From Mantamonas sphyraenae STR306 (Eukaryota; Protista; CRuMs), in assembly GCA_026936335.1 (NCBI GenBank), contig JAPMXV010000037.1, positions 62,001-126,000 of the forward strand: a stretch of DNA of 64,000 nt, written 5' to 3'. A program made the position numbers and the translations under genes. The stretch's first letter is position 1. The number at the start of each line of letters is the position of its first letter. Under the pieces are notes generated by a model. That model saw nothing but the letters and a program-made list of their open reading frames with translations, did not search any database and was not told where the DNA came from. Shown here piece by piece: positions 49,886-60,755 of this stretch.

Positions 49886-52800
49886 ATGAGTATCACAAGT
49901 ACACAGGGCGAGAAGCCCATGGCACAGTCGATGATAGAACGGATGGAGCGTCTGCAGGCGATTGTTGCGAAATGCGATCAGCAGTTGGCGCCTCTGTTCA
50001 AAGGAGAGTGCGAGACGGACAGTGGAAGAGCTGTTGAGGCAGTGTCCGATTCTCCCAAGATGGAGAGTGAGGTGCAGAAGTTCTACGAGGACATGCGAGC
50101 ACAGAAGGAGGAGAAGCGACAAGCGGCGCGCAAGCTGCGGATGGACACCGCAGAGGACGGCGAAGCAGGAAAGGGAGACAGGAAGAACGGGAGGGACTTG
50201 AATACGCAGCGCTCTATAACGAAAGGAGAGCAGATCCCCGCTACAGGCACGGACAGCCCGAGTATCAAGGCCGGAAGCAAATTCGGCGCGGGGTTGAAGA
50301 AGAGCAGCGGGTTTGGAAGCAAGAAGGAGTCGACGGGAGGGACGACAAGTGGGTGGAAGACATCCAAGGCATCAGGGTTGGGCACACGGAAGTTTGGCAT
50401 CAAGAAGCAACCGGAGAGTGAAGGGGAGGAAGAGACAAGGACTGAGGAGACTGAGGAGGCTGCGGAGGCTGCGGAAGCACCCGAGGAAGGAGAGGATGCG
50501 GGAAGCAAGGCCAGTGAGGCAAGTGAGGCAGATGCAGGTGGGGATGCAACGGATGAGGAAGGTGGGAAACCACGTGTGAGCAAGTTCAGCGCGGGGTTGA
50601 AGAAGAGCAGCGGGTTTGGAAGCAAGAAGGAGACGACGGGAGGGACGACAAGTGGGTGGAAGACATCCAAGGCATCGGGGTTGGGCACACGGAAGTTTGG
50701 CATCAAGAAGCAACCGGAGAGTGAAGGGGAGGAAGAGACAAGGACGGCGGAGACTGAGGAGGCTGCGGAGGCTGCAGATGCACCCGAGGAAGGAGAGGAT
50801 GCGGGAAGCAAGGCCAATGAGGCAAGTGAGGCAGATGCGGGTGGGGATGCAACGGATGAGGAGGGTGCGAAACCACGTGTGAGCAAGTTCAGCGCGGGGT
50901 TGAAGAAGAGCAGTGGGTTTGGAAGCAAGAAGGAGTCGACGGGAGGGACGACAAGTGGGTGGAAGACATCCAAGGCATCGGGGTTGGGCACACGGAAGTT
51001 TGGCATCAAGAAGCAACCGGAGAGTGAAGGGGAGGAAGAGACAAGGACGGCGGAGACTGAGGAGGCTGCGGAGGCTGCAGATGCACCCGAGGAAGGAGAG
51101 GATGCGGGAAGCAAGGCCAATGAGGCAAGTGAGGCAGATGCAGGTGGGGATGCAACGGATGAGGAGGGTGTGAAACCACGCGTGAGCAAGTTCAGCGCGG
51201 GGTTGAAGAAGAGCAGTGGGTTTGGTAGCAAGAAGGAGTCGACGGGAGGGACGACAAGTGGGTGGAAGACATCCAAGGCATCGGGGTTGGGCACACGGAA
51301 GTTTGGCATCAAGAAGCAACCGGAGAGTGAAGGGGAGGAAGAGACAAGGACGGCGGAGACTGAGGAGGCTGCGGAGGCTGCAGATGCACCCGAGGAAGGA
51401 GAGGATGCGGGAAGCAAGGCCAATGAGGCAAGTGAGGCAGATGCAGGTGGGGATGCAACGGATGAGGAGGGTGCGAAACCACGTGTGAGCAAGTTCAGCG
51501 CGGGGTTGAAGAAGAGCAGTGGGTTTGGAAGCAAGAAGGAGTCGACGGGAGGGACGACAAGTGGGTGGAAGACATCCAAGGCATCGGGGTTGGGCACACG
51601 GAAGTTTGGCATCAAGAAGCAACCGGAGAGTGAAGGGGAGGAAGAGACAAGGACGGCGGAGACTGAGGAGGCTGCGGAGGCTGCAGATGCACCCGAGGAA
51701 GGAGAGGATGCGGGAAGCAAGGCCAATGAGGCAAGTGAGGCAGATGCAGGTGGGGATGCAACGGATGAGGAGGGTGTGAAACCACGCGTGAGCAAGTTCA
51801 GCGCGGGGTTGAAGAAGAGCAGTGGGTTTGGTAGCAAGAAGGAGACGACGGGAGGGACGACAAGTGGGTGGAAGACATCCAAGGCATCGGGGTTGGGCAC
51901 ACGGAAGTTTGGCATCAAGAAGCAACCGGAGAGTGAAGGGGAGGAAGAGACAAGGACGGCGGAGACTGAGGAGGCTGCGGAGGCTGCAGATGCACCCGAG
52001 GAAGGAGAGGATGCGGGAAGCAAGGCCAATGAGGCAAGTGAGGCAGATGCAGGTGGGGATGCAACGGATGAGGAGGGTGCGAAACCACGTGTGAGCAAGT
52101 TCAGCGCGGGGTTGAAGAAGAGCAGCGGGTTTGGTAGCAAGAAGGAGTCGACGGGAGGGACGACAAGTGGGTGGAAGACATCCAAGGCATCGGGGTTGGG
52201 CACACGGAAGTTTGGCATCAAGAAGCAACCGGAGAGTGAAGGGGAGGAAGAGACAAGGACGGCGGAGACTGAGGAGGCTGCGGAGGCTGCAGATGCACCC
52301 GAGGAAGGAGAGGATGCGGGAAGCAAGGCCAATGAGGCAAGTGAGGCAGATGCAGGTGGGGATGCAACGGATGAGGAGGGTGGGAAACCACGTGTGAGCA
52401 AGTTCAGCGCGGGGTTGAAGAAGAGCAGCGGGTTTGGAAGCAAGAAGGAGACGACGGGAGGGACGACAAGTGGGTGGAAGACATCCAAGGCATCGGGGCT
52501 GGGCACACGGAAGTTTGGCATCAAGAAGCAACCGGATGGTGAAGGGGAGGAAGAGACAAGGACGGCGGAGACTGCGGAGGCTGCGGAAGCACCCGAGGAA
52601 GGAGAGGATGCGGGAAGCAAGGCCAATGAGGCAAGTGAGGCAGATGCAGGTGGGGATGCAACGGATGAGGAGGTGGGAAACCACGTGTGAGCAAGTTTAG
52701 CGCGGGGTTGAAGAAGAGCAGCGGGTTTAGTGCCAAGTACAAGACGACGGGACGGTGGAAGACATCCAAGGAGTCGGGAGGGGGACACTGAAGTTTGGCG

Positions 52801-54914
52801 TCAGGAAGCAAACCGAAGAGACCAACACCACTGAAGCAGAGGGCAGTAGCGAGGATGGCTCTTCGCCACAGGAGTCCAAACCGAGCAAGTTTGCCCTCAA
52901 TGCCAAGAAGAGCATGGGCTCGGAGAGCAGGTTTGCTTCATCGACTTGGCGTACATCCAAAACGTCATCCAACGCCCTCAGCAAGTCTCCAGGTGACAAA
53001 ACGGTGCCCAAACGCACGTTCGGTGCGCGTACATCGAAGCCGTCCACCTCACCAGCAGGTGGGTTTCGCAAGTCCAAAGCAGCAGCAGCTGGTATCCGGC
53101 AAGTGGCAGCCAAGGCCTCATGCAGCTGGGACCCAGTGGCGTATGCAGATTTGCCCAAGTGCCCCAATTGCCACGGCCGTGGCATCCGTCTCATCAAGAG
53201 CCCGTCTGGCTTTTGCAACCATTGTTGCCGTCTTCTTGGCCATGAACCCGTGGCAGAGGAGCTGCCATCGTGGGATATCCGCAAGACTGGAGGATTCAAG
53301 AAGAGCAAGGCCCAGCAGTACGGCACACGTGCACTGAAGAAGAAAGACGACGCCGACTCTGCCACCGGCGCCGCCACCACAGCCGAGGTTGAGAAGCCAG
53401 AAGCTGCTCCGGCACCTCCTGTGGTTGACGACGACGATATCAGCACAACTGCAGCACACAAAGAGGAGGCCATCCCCACGAGTGCTTCTGAGCGGGCTGC
53501 CCTGGAGTTGGTATCCACACGCAGACCCAGTTTGGGTCAAAAGTCGACATCGTGGCAACCCCCGCGTGCTCAAACCTCACTGCGTAAGGCCACAAGCATG
53601 TCACGCAACCCCTTTGGCAACAAGTTTCAGGACGATCTGGAGTTCGCCCTGGCAGCCACCGAAGGCGCTTCCAACACATCCGACTCGGCCGAAGATGATG
53701 GTGATGGCCCAGGATCTGCACCCACGCCCAACCCGCTGCGTAGTCACGGTGACGGCGGAGACGACGACAACAACGACGACGGCGGCGGCGATGACGACGA
53801 TTTTGAACGCACCATCCAGCCACCCGGTCGATCACGCAGTCTGCTTGCTGCCAAACGCAACCCGTTTGTGGTCGGCAAGCAGAACAATGGCGGCGACGGC
53901 GACCACGCGAACACCAAGCCTGTGTTTGCCAAGAAGCCCTCGTTCAAATCCAGCAAGAGCATCGGACCCATTCCACTGAGCAAAGACGCCGCCTCTGCCT
54001 TTCGCAAGTCGCCACAGGCGCAGCGCATGCGCGAGGCGGCAGACGAAAGTGCGACGGCCGCCGACCACGTCCAACCTTCCCAAGCGGAGCCCCAACGCGA
54101 TGACCTTATGTCACCCATCGACGACCCGGAAACGCCCAAAAAGACAAGTGGGCTGACCATCACACTGAGCACACCCGACGAGGAGGACTTTGAGCTTGCT
54201 GTGGAGAAACACACCGTGCCAAGTGCAGACATCGCGGCTGCAGAGGGCCATACAGATGAGGCAGCACCGGCCACCAAAGAAGTCGCACATGACACTGCAC
54301 CTGAGGTGGTGGCGGAGGCGACGGAGCAACAGGAGGACGACACTGTTCCCAAGCCAAAACCATCGCTCAACCGGTTTGGCAGCATGCAGCGCAGGAGTCG
54401 CCCTTTCGGTGCCTCAAGCACCACGAAAACGCAGGACACAGACGACAATGCGCAGGGAAACAGCAGCACAGCAAACACAGACAAGGAACCCAAGGAGGAA
54501 CCCAAAACGGAGGCCCCCAAACCAAGCCGATTTGGCGCAGGCCGCATCAGCAAGTCTGCCGCCGCCGATGGAGAAAGTGCCACAGGCACATCCTCATGGA
54601 GGAGACCAAAGGCGTCTGCACAGAGTCGACTGGCATCCAACGCACGTACGAAAGCAAGTGCCGAGGATGGGACAGGCGGATCTGGGCGCAAGCTCCTCTT
54701 TGGTGGCAAAACAAAAGACGAGGTATCGTCGTCGTTTGCATCGTTTGGAAGCGGGGAGCGAAGCACTCGCTCGTCACAACGCATGGGAAAGAGTTTCAAC
54801 ACAATCCGGGGCGGCTCCGAGTCCGCCTCGCCAAAGCGTGACAACGATTCCGAGAAGAGCACACCTAGCAGACCCAAGGACAGTAAGGTGAACGCATGGT
54901 TGGATGAAGATTGA
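49886..54914 (+). CDS. Large low-complexity protein with eight 101-aa repeats, interrupted by two 1-nt frameshifts
   Basis: ORFs 49763-52690 and 52755-54914 join into one frame if a G is restored in runs at ~52671 and ~52783, following the repeat consensus. Confidence 0.7.
50276..52815 (+). repeat. Coding tandem repeat, 303-bp unit x8 plus a degenerate ninth
   Basis: Unit starts at 50276, 50579, 50882, 51185, 51488, 51791, 52094, 52397 and 52690. Confidence 0.97.
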
Positions 54915-54960
54915 TGGCCAAATGTCCACCAACCGCACATGCGCACCAAGCGCAACCACA

Positions 54961-55839
54961 ATGAACATTGTTTCCACAGCCTGGAACCTCGACGGTGACA
55001 TCACCATCAACGACATCCCCACAGGAGAACCGGCCTGTTTGATGAAACCTAACGGGTGTACAGAGCGCTGTGTGGTGACTCTGCAACCATGCGAGGGGGC
55101 CTGTGTGCTGCAGACACTGCGCGTGTGCACCTCGGCACGCGTCGCCGAACTGTACATGGACGACGAGTACATCGGCAGCCAGCGCATGTCTGAAGACAAA
55201 GACCCATCTGGACTCAACCTCATTGATTTTGTACCCCAGCGTCGCCTCGTACGCTCGCTCCAGCTCAAGCTCTTGTCGCTCAGCCCTTCCGACCGCTGCC
55301 ACGTGGCATACATCAGTTTCGACGGGCCCAGTGGCCCTTCAGAGGGTTCCTCAAATGCACAGTCAGCGCAGCAGGTCTCTTCTTGCCCTTCCGAGTCCTC
55401 CTCCGACGCTCTGGACACAGACAAAGTCCAGGAAATGCTCAACCAGATGGGGGTGCAACGCACAGTGCCCAAACTGCCCTCCTCCTCCTCCTCCTCCTCA
55501 TCCTCTTCATCCTCGGGCGCCTCTGAACAAAGCATGATGCTGATGATGGCCATGATGCAGGGCATGGGCGGTGGCAGCAGTCGCGGCAGCGGGATCGCGT
55601 CGACCCCCGCTGCCTCCACCTCTGCAGAAGCACCTGCATCCCCCGTGCAGCCAGAGGGACTTGAACTTCAACCGGACAAAGACACATACACACGCAACGA
55701 GGTGGCTTCGCTGATCAAAAACATCCAACAGGAGAATCGTGCCCGCTTCGAAGACATGGAGAGGCGATTGGCCTCGCTGGAAGCCATGGCATCCATGGCC
55801 ATGGCCTGGCGATCCAATCAGGGAAGTGGGAATACGTAG
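54961..55839 (+). CDS. PAAT/C10orf88 (DUF4506)-like protein
   Basis: TSARVAELYMDDEYIGSQR, LKLLSL and LDTDKVQEMLNQMG resemble PAAT as I recall it. In-frame ATGs also at 54904 and 54922. Confidence 0.65.
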   Translation: MNIVSTAWNLDGDITINDIPTGEPACLMKPNGCTERCVVTLQPCEGACVLQTLRVCTSARVAELYMDDEYIGSQRMSEDKDPSGLNLIDFVPQRRLVRSLQLKLLSLSPSDRCHVAYISFDGPSGPSEGSSNAQSAQQVSSCPSESSSDALDTDKVQEMLNQMGVQRTVPKLPSSSSSSSSSSSSGASEQSMMLMMAMMQGMGGGSSRGSGIASTPAASTSAEAPASPVQPEGLELQPDKDTYTRNEVASLIKNIQQENRARFEDMERRLASLEAMASMAMAWRSNQGSGNT

Positions 55840-55856
55840 TGAGCCATCCATTTTGT

Positions 55857-58800
55857 TCACCACACACAGTCATCGACGCCAACACGGGCCAGGAATCCAT
55901 CGACCTGGTCCTGCAGATGCTTGAGCACATTGCTTGGCTGCTGCTCGCTTTCTGTGATGGCCACGGCCAGGGAAAGGGTCCCTGAGGCTGTTTGGCCATC
56001 TGCAGGCGCATAGCGCACCACCGCAGCATGGTCAGCCTTGGCCAGCCGCATGTAGTCCAACGTGACGTGCTCCAGGGATTGCAAAGTGTACCCACCGATG
56101 GTGGTGAGGGTGTTGCACAGTCTGTGGAACGTGCACCACGGCAGGTCGATGGACGTGGAGCAGCGTGCCACGCAGTCGCCGTCGTCGGCGTCGCCTTCCA
56201 AGGGCATGCCCATGCAGGGCAGCACGACCATGGCATCCATGGCCACAGCACACTCCATGCCAAACAGCAGGTCTGTGACCATTGTGTCGGGACACTCCAC
56301 CAGCTGGCCGCTGTACTCGTGCACCAGATCTGCAAGCGAGCTGTCGGTCACCATCAGGCCTCCCACACGCGGCGTCGAACTCAACCGGGCCTCCTCAAAC
56401 ACATCCTCGTGATGCATGACACTGGTGAGCACCAGACGACTGTAGGCAGGCTCCATCACCACGTTGATCATGTCCGGGTGGGCTTCGCCCAACAGTCGCA
56501 CAGCCCCGTAATCCTCCAACAGACGCATGGCAAACATGAGCCTGCCTTCGTCCTCCTCGTCCATCATGCGCGCCAGTTCCGAGAATGCCTGCACAGGGGC
56601 AGCATTGTCTTGCAGCGCTGCGTGTGCCTCGTCATGAATGAACTCCAGCAGATTGAGTGCGTAGCGAGGCACAGGCATGCGATTGTGCTCCTCGCTGATC
56701 AGTGCGTCCACACGAGTGCGCAGAGCCTTTGCATCAGCACTCTCAAGCAGCAGCACGTCCTGCACATTCATGTCTGCAAACTCGGCCTGCACAGCGCCCA
56801 ACACACTCTCCACGTTCGGTGTCCACTTCTTGACCACGTCCACATGTGTCAAAGCCACCACAATGGGTGCAGTCCAGCGACGGTATGTGCGCACGCCTCG
56901 CAGCGTACAGCGGATGGCAGTCAATGCCGCCTGCATGGTCGGATCCTGTTCGTGCAGCCGTGCGACCAGCACAATGGCTCCTCTTGCACGTGGCAAGCTG
57001 TCCATCACCAAAGGTTGCTGTTCCACATACGCAGCACACTCTACAGCCTGCACCTGCACACGAGATCCGTGCTCCGCCTTGATCTCGTACACGGTCCCCT
57101 CCTCCACGCCGTCCACCACATGAGACTCCTTGGCAAAGGCCGCGTACTGTTTCGACTTGCCCATTTTCCCAATGAATGACCCTGCCAGGCCACCGTGCCA
57201 CTCGTGTTCCAGCGACGTGCGCAGATGCGAGGTGCCCACCTGTCGTGAACAACCCAGCAGCACCACACGGAACACAGGCCATACATCGGTGTCGCCCTGG
57301 GACAGTTCGTTCAGATAGCGCAACACATCGTCGGTTTGTGCCTCGGCGTTGCCCTCGTTGCGCCTCACCACGTGCTGCGGCGGCTGCACGAGGTTTGTGC
57401 AGCCGTCCAAGCGCAGCACACGCAGCTGCTTGGCCACTTTGCGGCTGACACTCTTGGGCACAACCGAAAGAGGGTTGTGCGATAGGTCCACTTCGGTGAG
57501 ACTGCCAAGCGTGAGCAGACGCAGCGGAAAGTGGTCGACTTGGTTGTGGGCCAAGGACACACGCACAGGAGGACCATGGTGCTGTTTCAGCTGTGTGGTG
57601 GACATCGAATCCACGCGAATGGAGTTGAACGACAGGTCCGCCTCTTCAAGGGCGGCCAAGTCGCACAGGTGTTCGGGCAAGTCCGTGAGTTGGTTGTGGG
57701 ATGCATCCAACACACGCAGCGGCTGCTCAGCTGCAATCACCAACTCGTGCAGCGCATTGTTGCTGCACATGCACACTTCCAGATTGAGCAGAGTCGAAAC
57801 GTTGAGGCTGGCAATGGCATTGTGGCGCACATCCAGCTGGGTCAGCATGCGCATCGACGACACACTCAGGTGGCTGATGCGGTTGTGCGACAGCAACAGC
57901 TCCATCACCCCACTGTCCTCCACACATCGCACACTCTCGATGGCATTGTGGCATGCGTCGACATGTGTGAGCGCGCGCGCCCCGCTGAGATCAATCCCCT
58001 GCAGATTGTTGTGGGAAGCCTGCAGAACCGCCAGCTGGTCGCCCAGCGGATGCAGGCTGTGCAGTTGGTTTTCTTGGCACTCCAGATGCGTAAGCTGGCC
58101 CAACTGCGCCATGGGCAGCTCCTCCAGTGCATTGCGGTTGCACTTGAGGGTGCTCAGAGATGTGTGCGCACGTGTGCACCGCAATTCTTCCACTTGGTTG
58201 TCGCTCACGTCCAACAGACTCACGTTGCTGCCACCACACTCGTCCAGGCGCTTCAATTTGTTGCCGGCGAGCAGGATTGCGCGCAGCGTGTCGTCGGCCT
58301 CGCGCACGTCCAGCTCCTCCAAGCCACACGACTCTGCCACCAGCCGCTCCAGCGCAGGCATTTTCAGCACCAACGAGGGTGCATACGATGTGTGCCTGCT
58401 GATGTCCAACAGTTGGATGGTCTGGCTACGCACGATGGCCTTCAGAAACCACTCGGGTTGGTTGCCCATGAGACGCATCTCTTGCAAGGAGTACATGAGC
58501 CACTCCTTCAAAGCATCCTGTGTGTCGCTGCTCGTCACCAGGTCGATGGGTGTGTGGCCCTCCTTGTTGCGCGTGAAAAGCAGTGGCGGTGCGTTTCGGT
58601 GCTCTAGAAGAAGTTGCAGCACTTGGGTGTCGTCCACCTTGCTGGCCAGATGCAACGCCGTGTCTCCGTCGTGGTCTCGATGCCCAATGTGTGCCACACA
58701 CCGGTGTTGGCGCAGCAAGGCCAGCACCATGTCCCGTTGTTGCAACGCAACGCTGATGTGCAGCGGCAGCATGCCATGGCCGTTCTCCTGCTCCAGCACA

Positions 58801-59315
58801 CGCGAGTCTTCCTCACACAGCCATTCCAGCGCGTCCACGTGGCCCCGGGCCGCACACAGGTGCACCGGCCCGTTGCCCTGGTCGTCTTTGGTCGTCTCCC
58901 AATCGATCCCTCTCCCCAGATGCCTCGCCTCCTCTACGTCCACCAGCAGCGCCTCCAGAAGCACCGAACGCCCGTACACGTTAAGTTCGTCCGTCAGCAA
59001 CGCATCGGTGTCACCGACATGCGACCCCACCAGCACCTGGAGGGTTTCCCACTGGCCCGCCGCTGCGGCAAGATGCAGTGGTGTGCATCCAAACGCGTCT
59101 TTGCCCTCCAACAGGGCATTGAAGTGAGCTGCAAGCATGGCTGCTACCTGCGTATTACCCACCATGGCTACCAAGTGCAGCACGTTGCGTTCATGGCTGA
59201 ATCGAGTCTGTAGCACCTGTGCACGAGTGATCACTCGTTTGTCCAGCCTCTTTTCCCACGCACTCACGGCCACGTGTGCATCCAAGCACATTTGTGCCAA
59301 TGCGTTTACCTCCAT
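55857..59315 (-). CDS. Ankyrin-LRR-degenerate Roc-COR (Roco-like) protein, no kinase domain
   Basis: ANK repeats, a long LRR array, PPQHVV..VLRYL Roco linker, VVLLG...GTS P-loop remnant, IVVALTHVD G4-like motif, and COR-like LLEDYGAV..VVMEP. Confidence 0.8.
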   Translation of the reverse strand: MEVNALAQMCLDAHVAVSAWEKRLDKRVITRAQVLQTRFSHERNVLHLVAMVGNTQVAAMLAAHFNALLEGKDAFGCTPLHLAAAAGQWETLQVLVGSHVGDTDALLTDELNVYGRSVLLEALLVDVEEARHLGRGIDWETTKDDQGNGPVHLCAARGHVDALEWLCEEDSRVLEQENGHGMLPLHISVALQQRDMVLALLRQHRCVAHIGHRDHDGDTALHLASKVDDTQVLQLLLEHRNAPPLLFTRNKEGHTPIDLVTSSDTQDALKEWLMYSLQEMRLMGNQPEWFLKAIVRSQTIQLLDISRHTSYAPSLVLKMPALERLVAESCGLEELDVREADDTLRAILLAGNKLKRLDECGGSNVSLLDVSDNQVEELRCTRAHTSLSTLKCNRNALEELPMAQLGQLTHLECQENQLHSLHPLGDQLAVLQASHNNLQGIDLSGARALTHVDACHNAIESVRCVEDSGVMELLLSHNRISHLSVSSMRMLTQLDVRHNAIASLNVSTLLNLEVCMCSNNALHELVIAAEQPLRVLDASHNQLTDLPEHLCDLAALEEADLSFNSIRVDSMSTTQLKQHHGPPVRVSLAHNQVDHFPLRLLTLGSLTEVDLSHNPLSVVPKSVSRKVAKQLRVLRLDGCTNLVQPPQHVVRRNEGNAEAQTDDVLRYLNELSQGDTDVWPVFRVVLLGCSRQVGTSHLRTSLEHEWHGGLAGSFIGKMGKSKQYAAFAKESHVVDGVEEGTVYEIKAEHGSRVQVQAVECAAYVEQQPLVMDSLPRARGAIVLVARLHEQDPTMQAALTAIRCTLRGVRTYRRWTAPIVVALTHVDVVKKWTPNVESVLGAVQAEFADMNVQDVLLLESADAKALRTRVDALISEEHNRMPVPRYALNLLEFIHDEAHAALQDNAAPVQAFSELARMMDEEDEGRLMFAMRLLEDYGAVRLLGEAHPDMINVVMEPAYSRLVLTSVMHHEDVFEEARLSSTPRVGGLMVTDSSLADLVHEYSGQLVECPDTMVTDLLFGMECAVAMDAMVVLPCMGMPLEGDADDGDCVARCSTSIDLPWCTFHRLCNTLTTIGGYTLQSLEHVTLDYMRLAKADHAAVVRYAPADGQTASGTLSLAVAITESEQQPSNVLKHLQDQVDGFLARVGVDDCVW

Positions 59316-59440
59316 TGTGTGTGTGTATGTGTGTGGATGCGGGTGTGACGTGAGGACGATTCACTGGTTCGATTGTCCCACAGTTCGCACGACACCCATC
59401 ACTCGCTCCGAATCGTCCCATGCTTTCAACTTGAGTTCCC
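59313..59440. repeat. Direct repeat copy 1: diverged CENP-L 3' end + spacer + ATG
   Basis: Matches 60616-60755 (offset ~1315). Translates ELKLKAWDDSERVMGVVRTVGQSNQ*. Confidence 0.92.
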
Positions 59441-59468
59441 AGTCCTCCCCCATCAGCTTCCCGCCTTC

Positions 59469-60571
59469 TCAGCTGACGATCTTTGGAATGCTCAACAAGG
59501 CCTGGCCCTGTTCCGTGGTGGCCAACCTGATCAACACCAGGAGGACGGACACCACTGTCGATGCCACTTTGACCAAGTTATTCCAATGCAACGGCGACCC
59601 CGCCAGTTTCATCCTCAGCGAGCTGCTGGAAATCAGATGGTGCAGATTCGTTCGCTCCTGCAGAGTCCATTTGCTTGCGATTCGATGCGTCGCCAAACGA
59701 TTCACATTTGTCCTCAGCTTCCCATTGCTTCGACAAATTGCCACCACTGTAGGGCCTGCAAACAACGCCCTGGTGAAAAAGGTCACCCACAGCAGGATCG
59801 ATGTCCCGCCAAACGTGAACAGGTTGGCAAAGAAGCAAACACCTGCCAGAAAGATGTTGCTGCAAACAAACACCGTGGCGTACGTGTTTACCTTGTGCAG
59901 TGACTCGAGAGAATCGCTGATGGACGCCACCTCGTGCATGACCTCCTCGACGGACAGCTCCACATGGAGCAGGCGATCAGCGAGCTCATCGATGCTCTTC
60001 AGGTACATCTGGATGGCAGTGACCACCATGGGTGATGTCGCTGACATCCCTGTGGCCACATGGACTACCCATCCCAATGTGCTGACCCCAAGCATCACCC
60101 ATCGATCGAGGCCGAACTGATCCCCGGTCCACGTCGACACAGCCTGCAGTGCGCCCAACCCCACATTGATCAACGTCACCACAATCCCATTGATAGTGTC
60201 TTGGCGATAAACGTGTGCGACATGTGCCCTGACTTTGTCCACGTCGTGAGTGAAAATGACGGGTGTTTTGAAGTCGAAAAGAACGCGGGAAAGAGCCGTT
60301 GTCTCCACCAGCTGGGACGCTGCAATCACCAGCGCCGCCCAGTCAATGAGAAAGAACCAGAACCAGCAGTAAACTAGCATGCCAGCGCAGTGAAAGAACA
60401 GGTAGGGGGCAGGAGTGTCAACGCGCCCAATCGCTCAAGGCGCACGAGGACAGTTGGCGGCCACAGCTCGACCAGCGGCACGGTGACCAGCTGACCCACC
60501 TCCGAAGCCGCAGAGACCTCCACTATTGCGTCCTCAACCTTGCCTGTGCGCTTTTTGATGCCGCTGTTCAT
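59469..60571 (-). CDS. Gustatory-receptor-like 7TM ion channel (GRL/7TMIC) candidate with an apparent frameshift near 60407
   Basis: 6-7 TM segments and C-terminal ERTNLHHLISSSSLRMKLAGSPLHWNNLVKVASTVVSVLLVLIRL resembling the TM7a/b hairpin of the GR/DUF3537 superfamily. Confidence 0.6.
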
Positions 60572-60615
60572 TTGTTGGATGACCGTGGGCCAACGGACAA
60601 ATTTTGCGTTTGCCT

Positions 60616-60755
60616 CATTGTGTGTGTGTGTGTGTGTGTGTATGTGTGTGGATGCAGGTGTGACGTGAGGACGATTCACTGGTTCGATTGTCCCACAGTT
60701 CGCACGACACCCATCACTCGCTCCAAATCGTCCACTTCCTTGAACTTGAGCTCCC
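60616..60755. repeat. Direct repeat copy 2: native CENP-L 3' end + (CA)n spacer + ATG
   Basis: Matches 59313-59440, with a longer (TG)n run. Confidence 0.92.

Noticed and set aside
50083-52788. Minus-strand 901-aa and 770-aa ORFs, and a CRISPR-like reading of the array
   Set aside because: Antisense shadows of the repeat. Units are contiguous 303-bp coding repeats with no unique spacers or cas genes.
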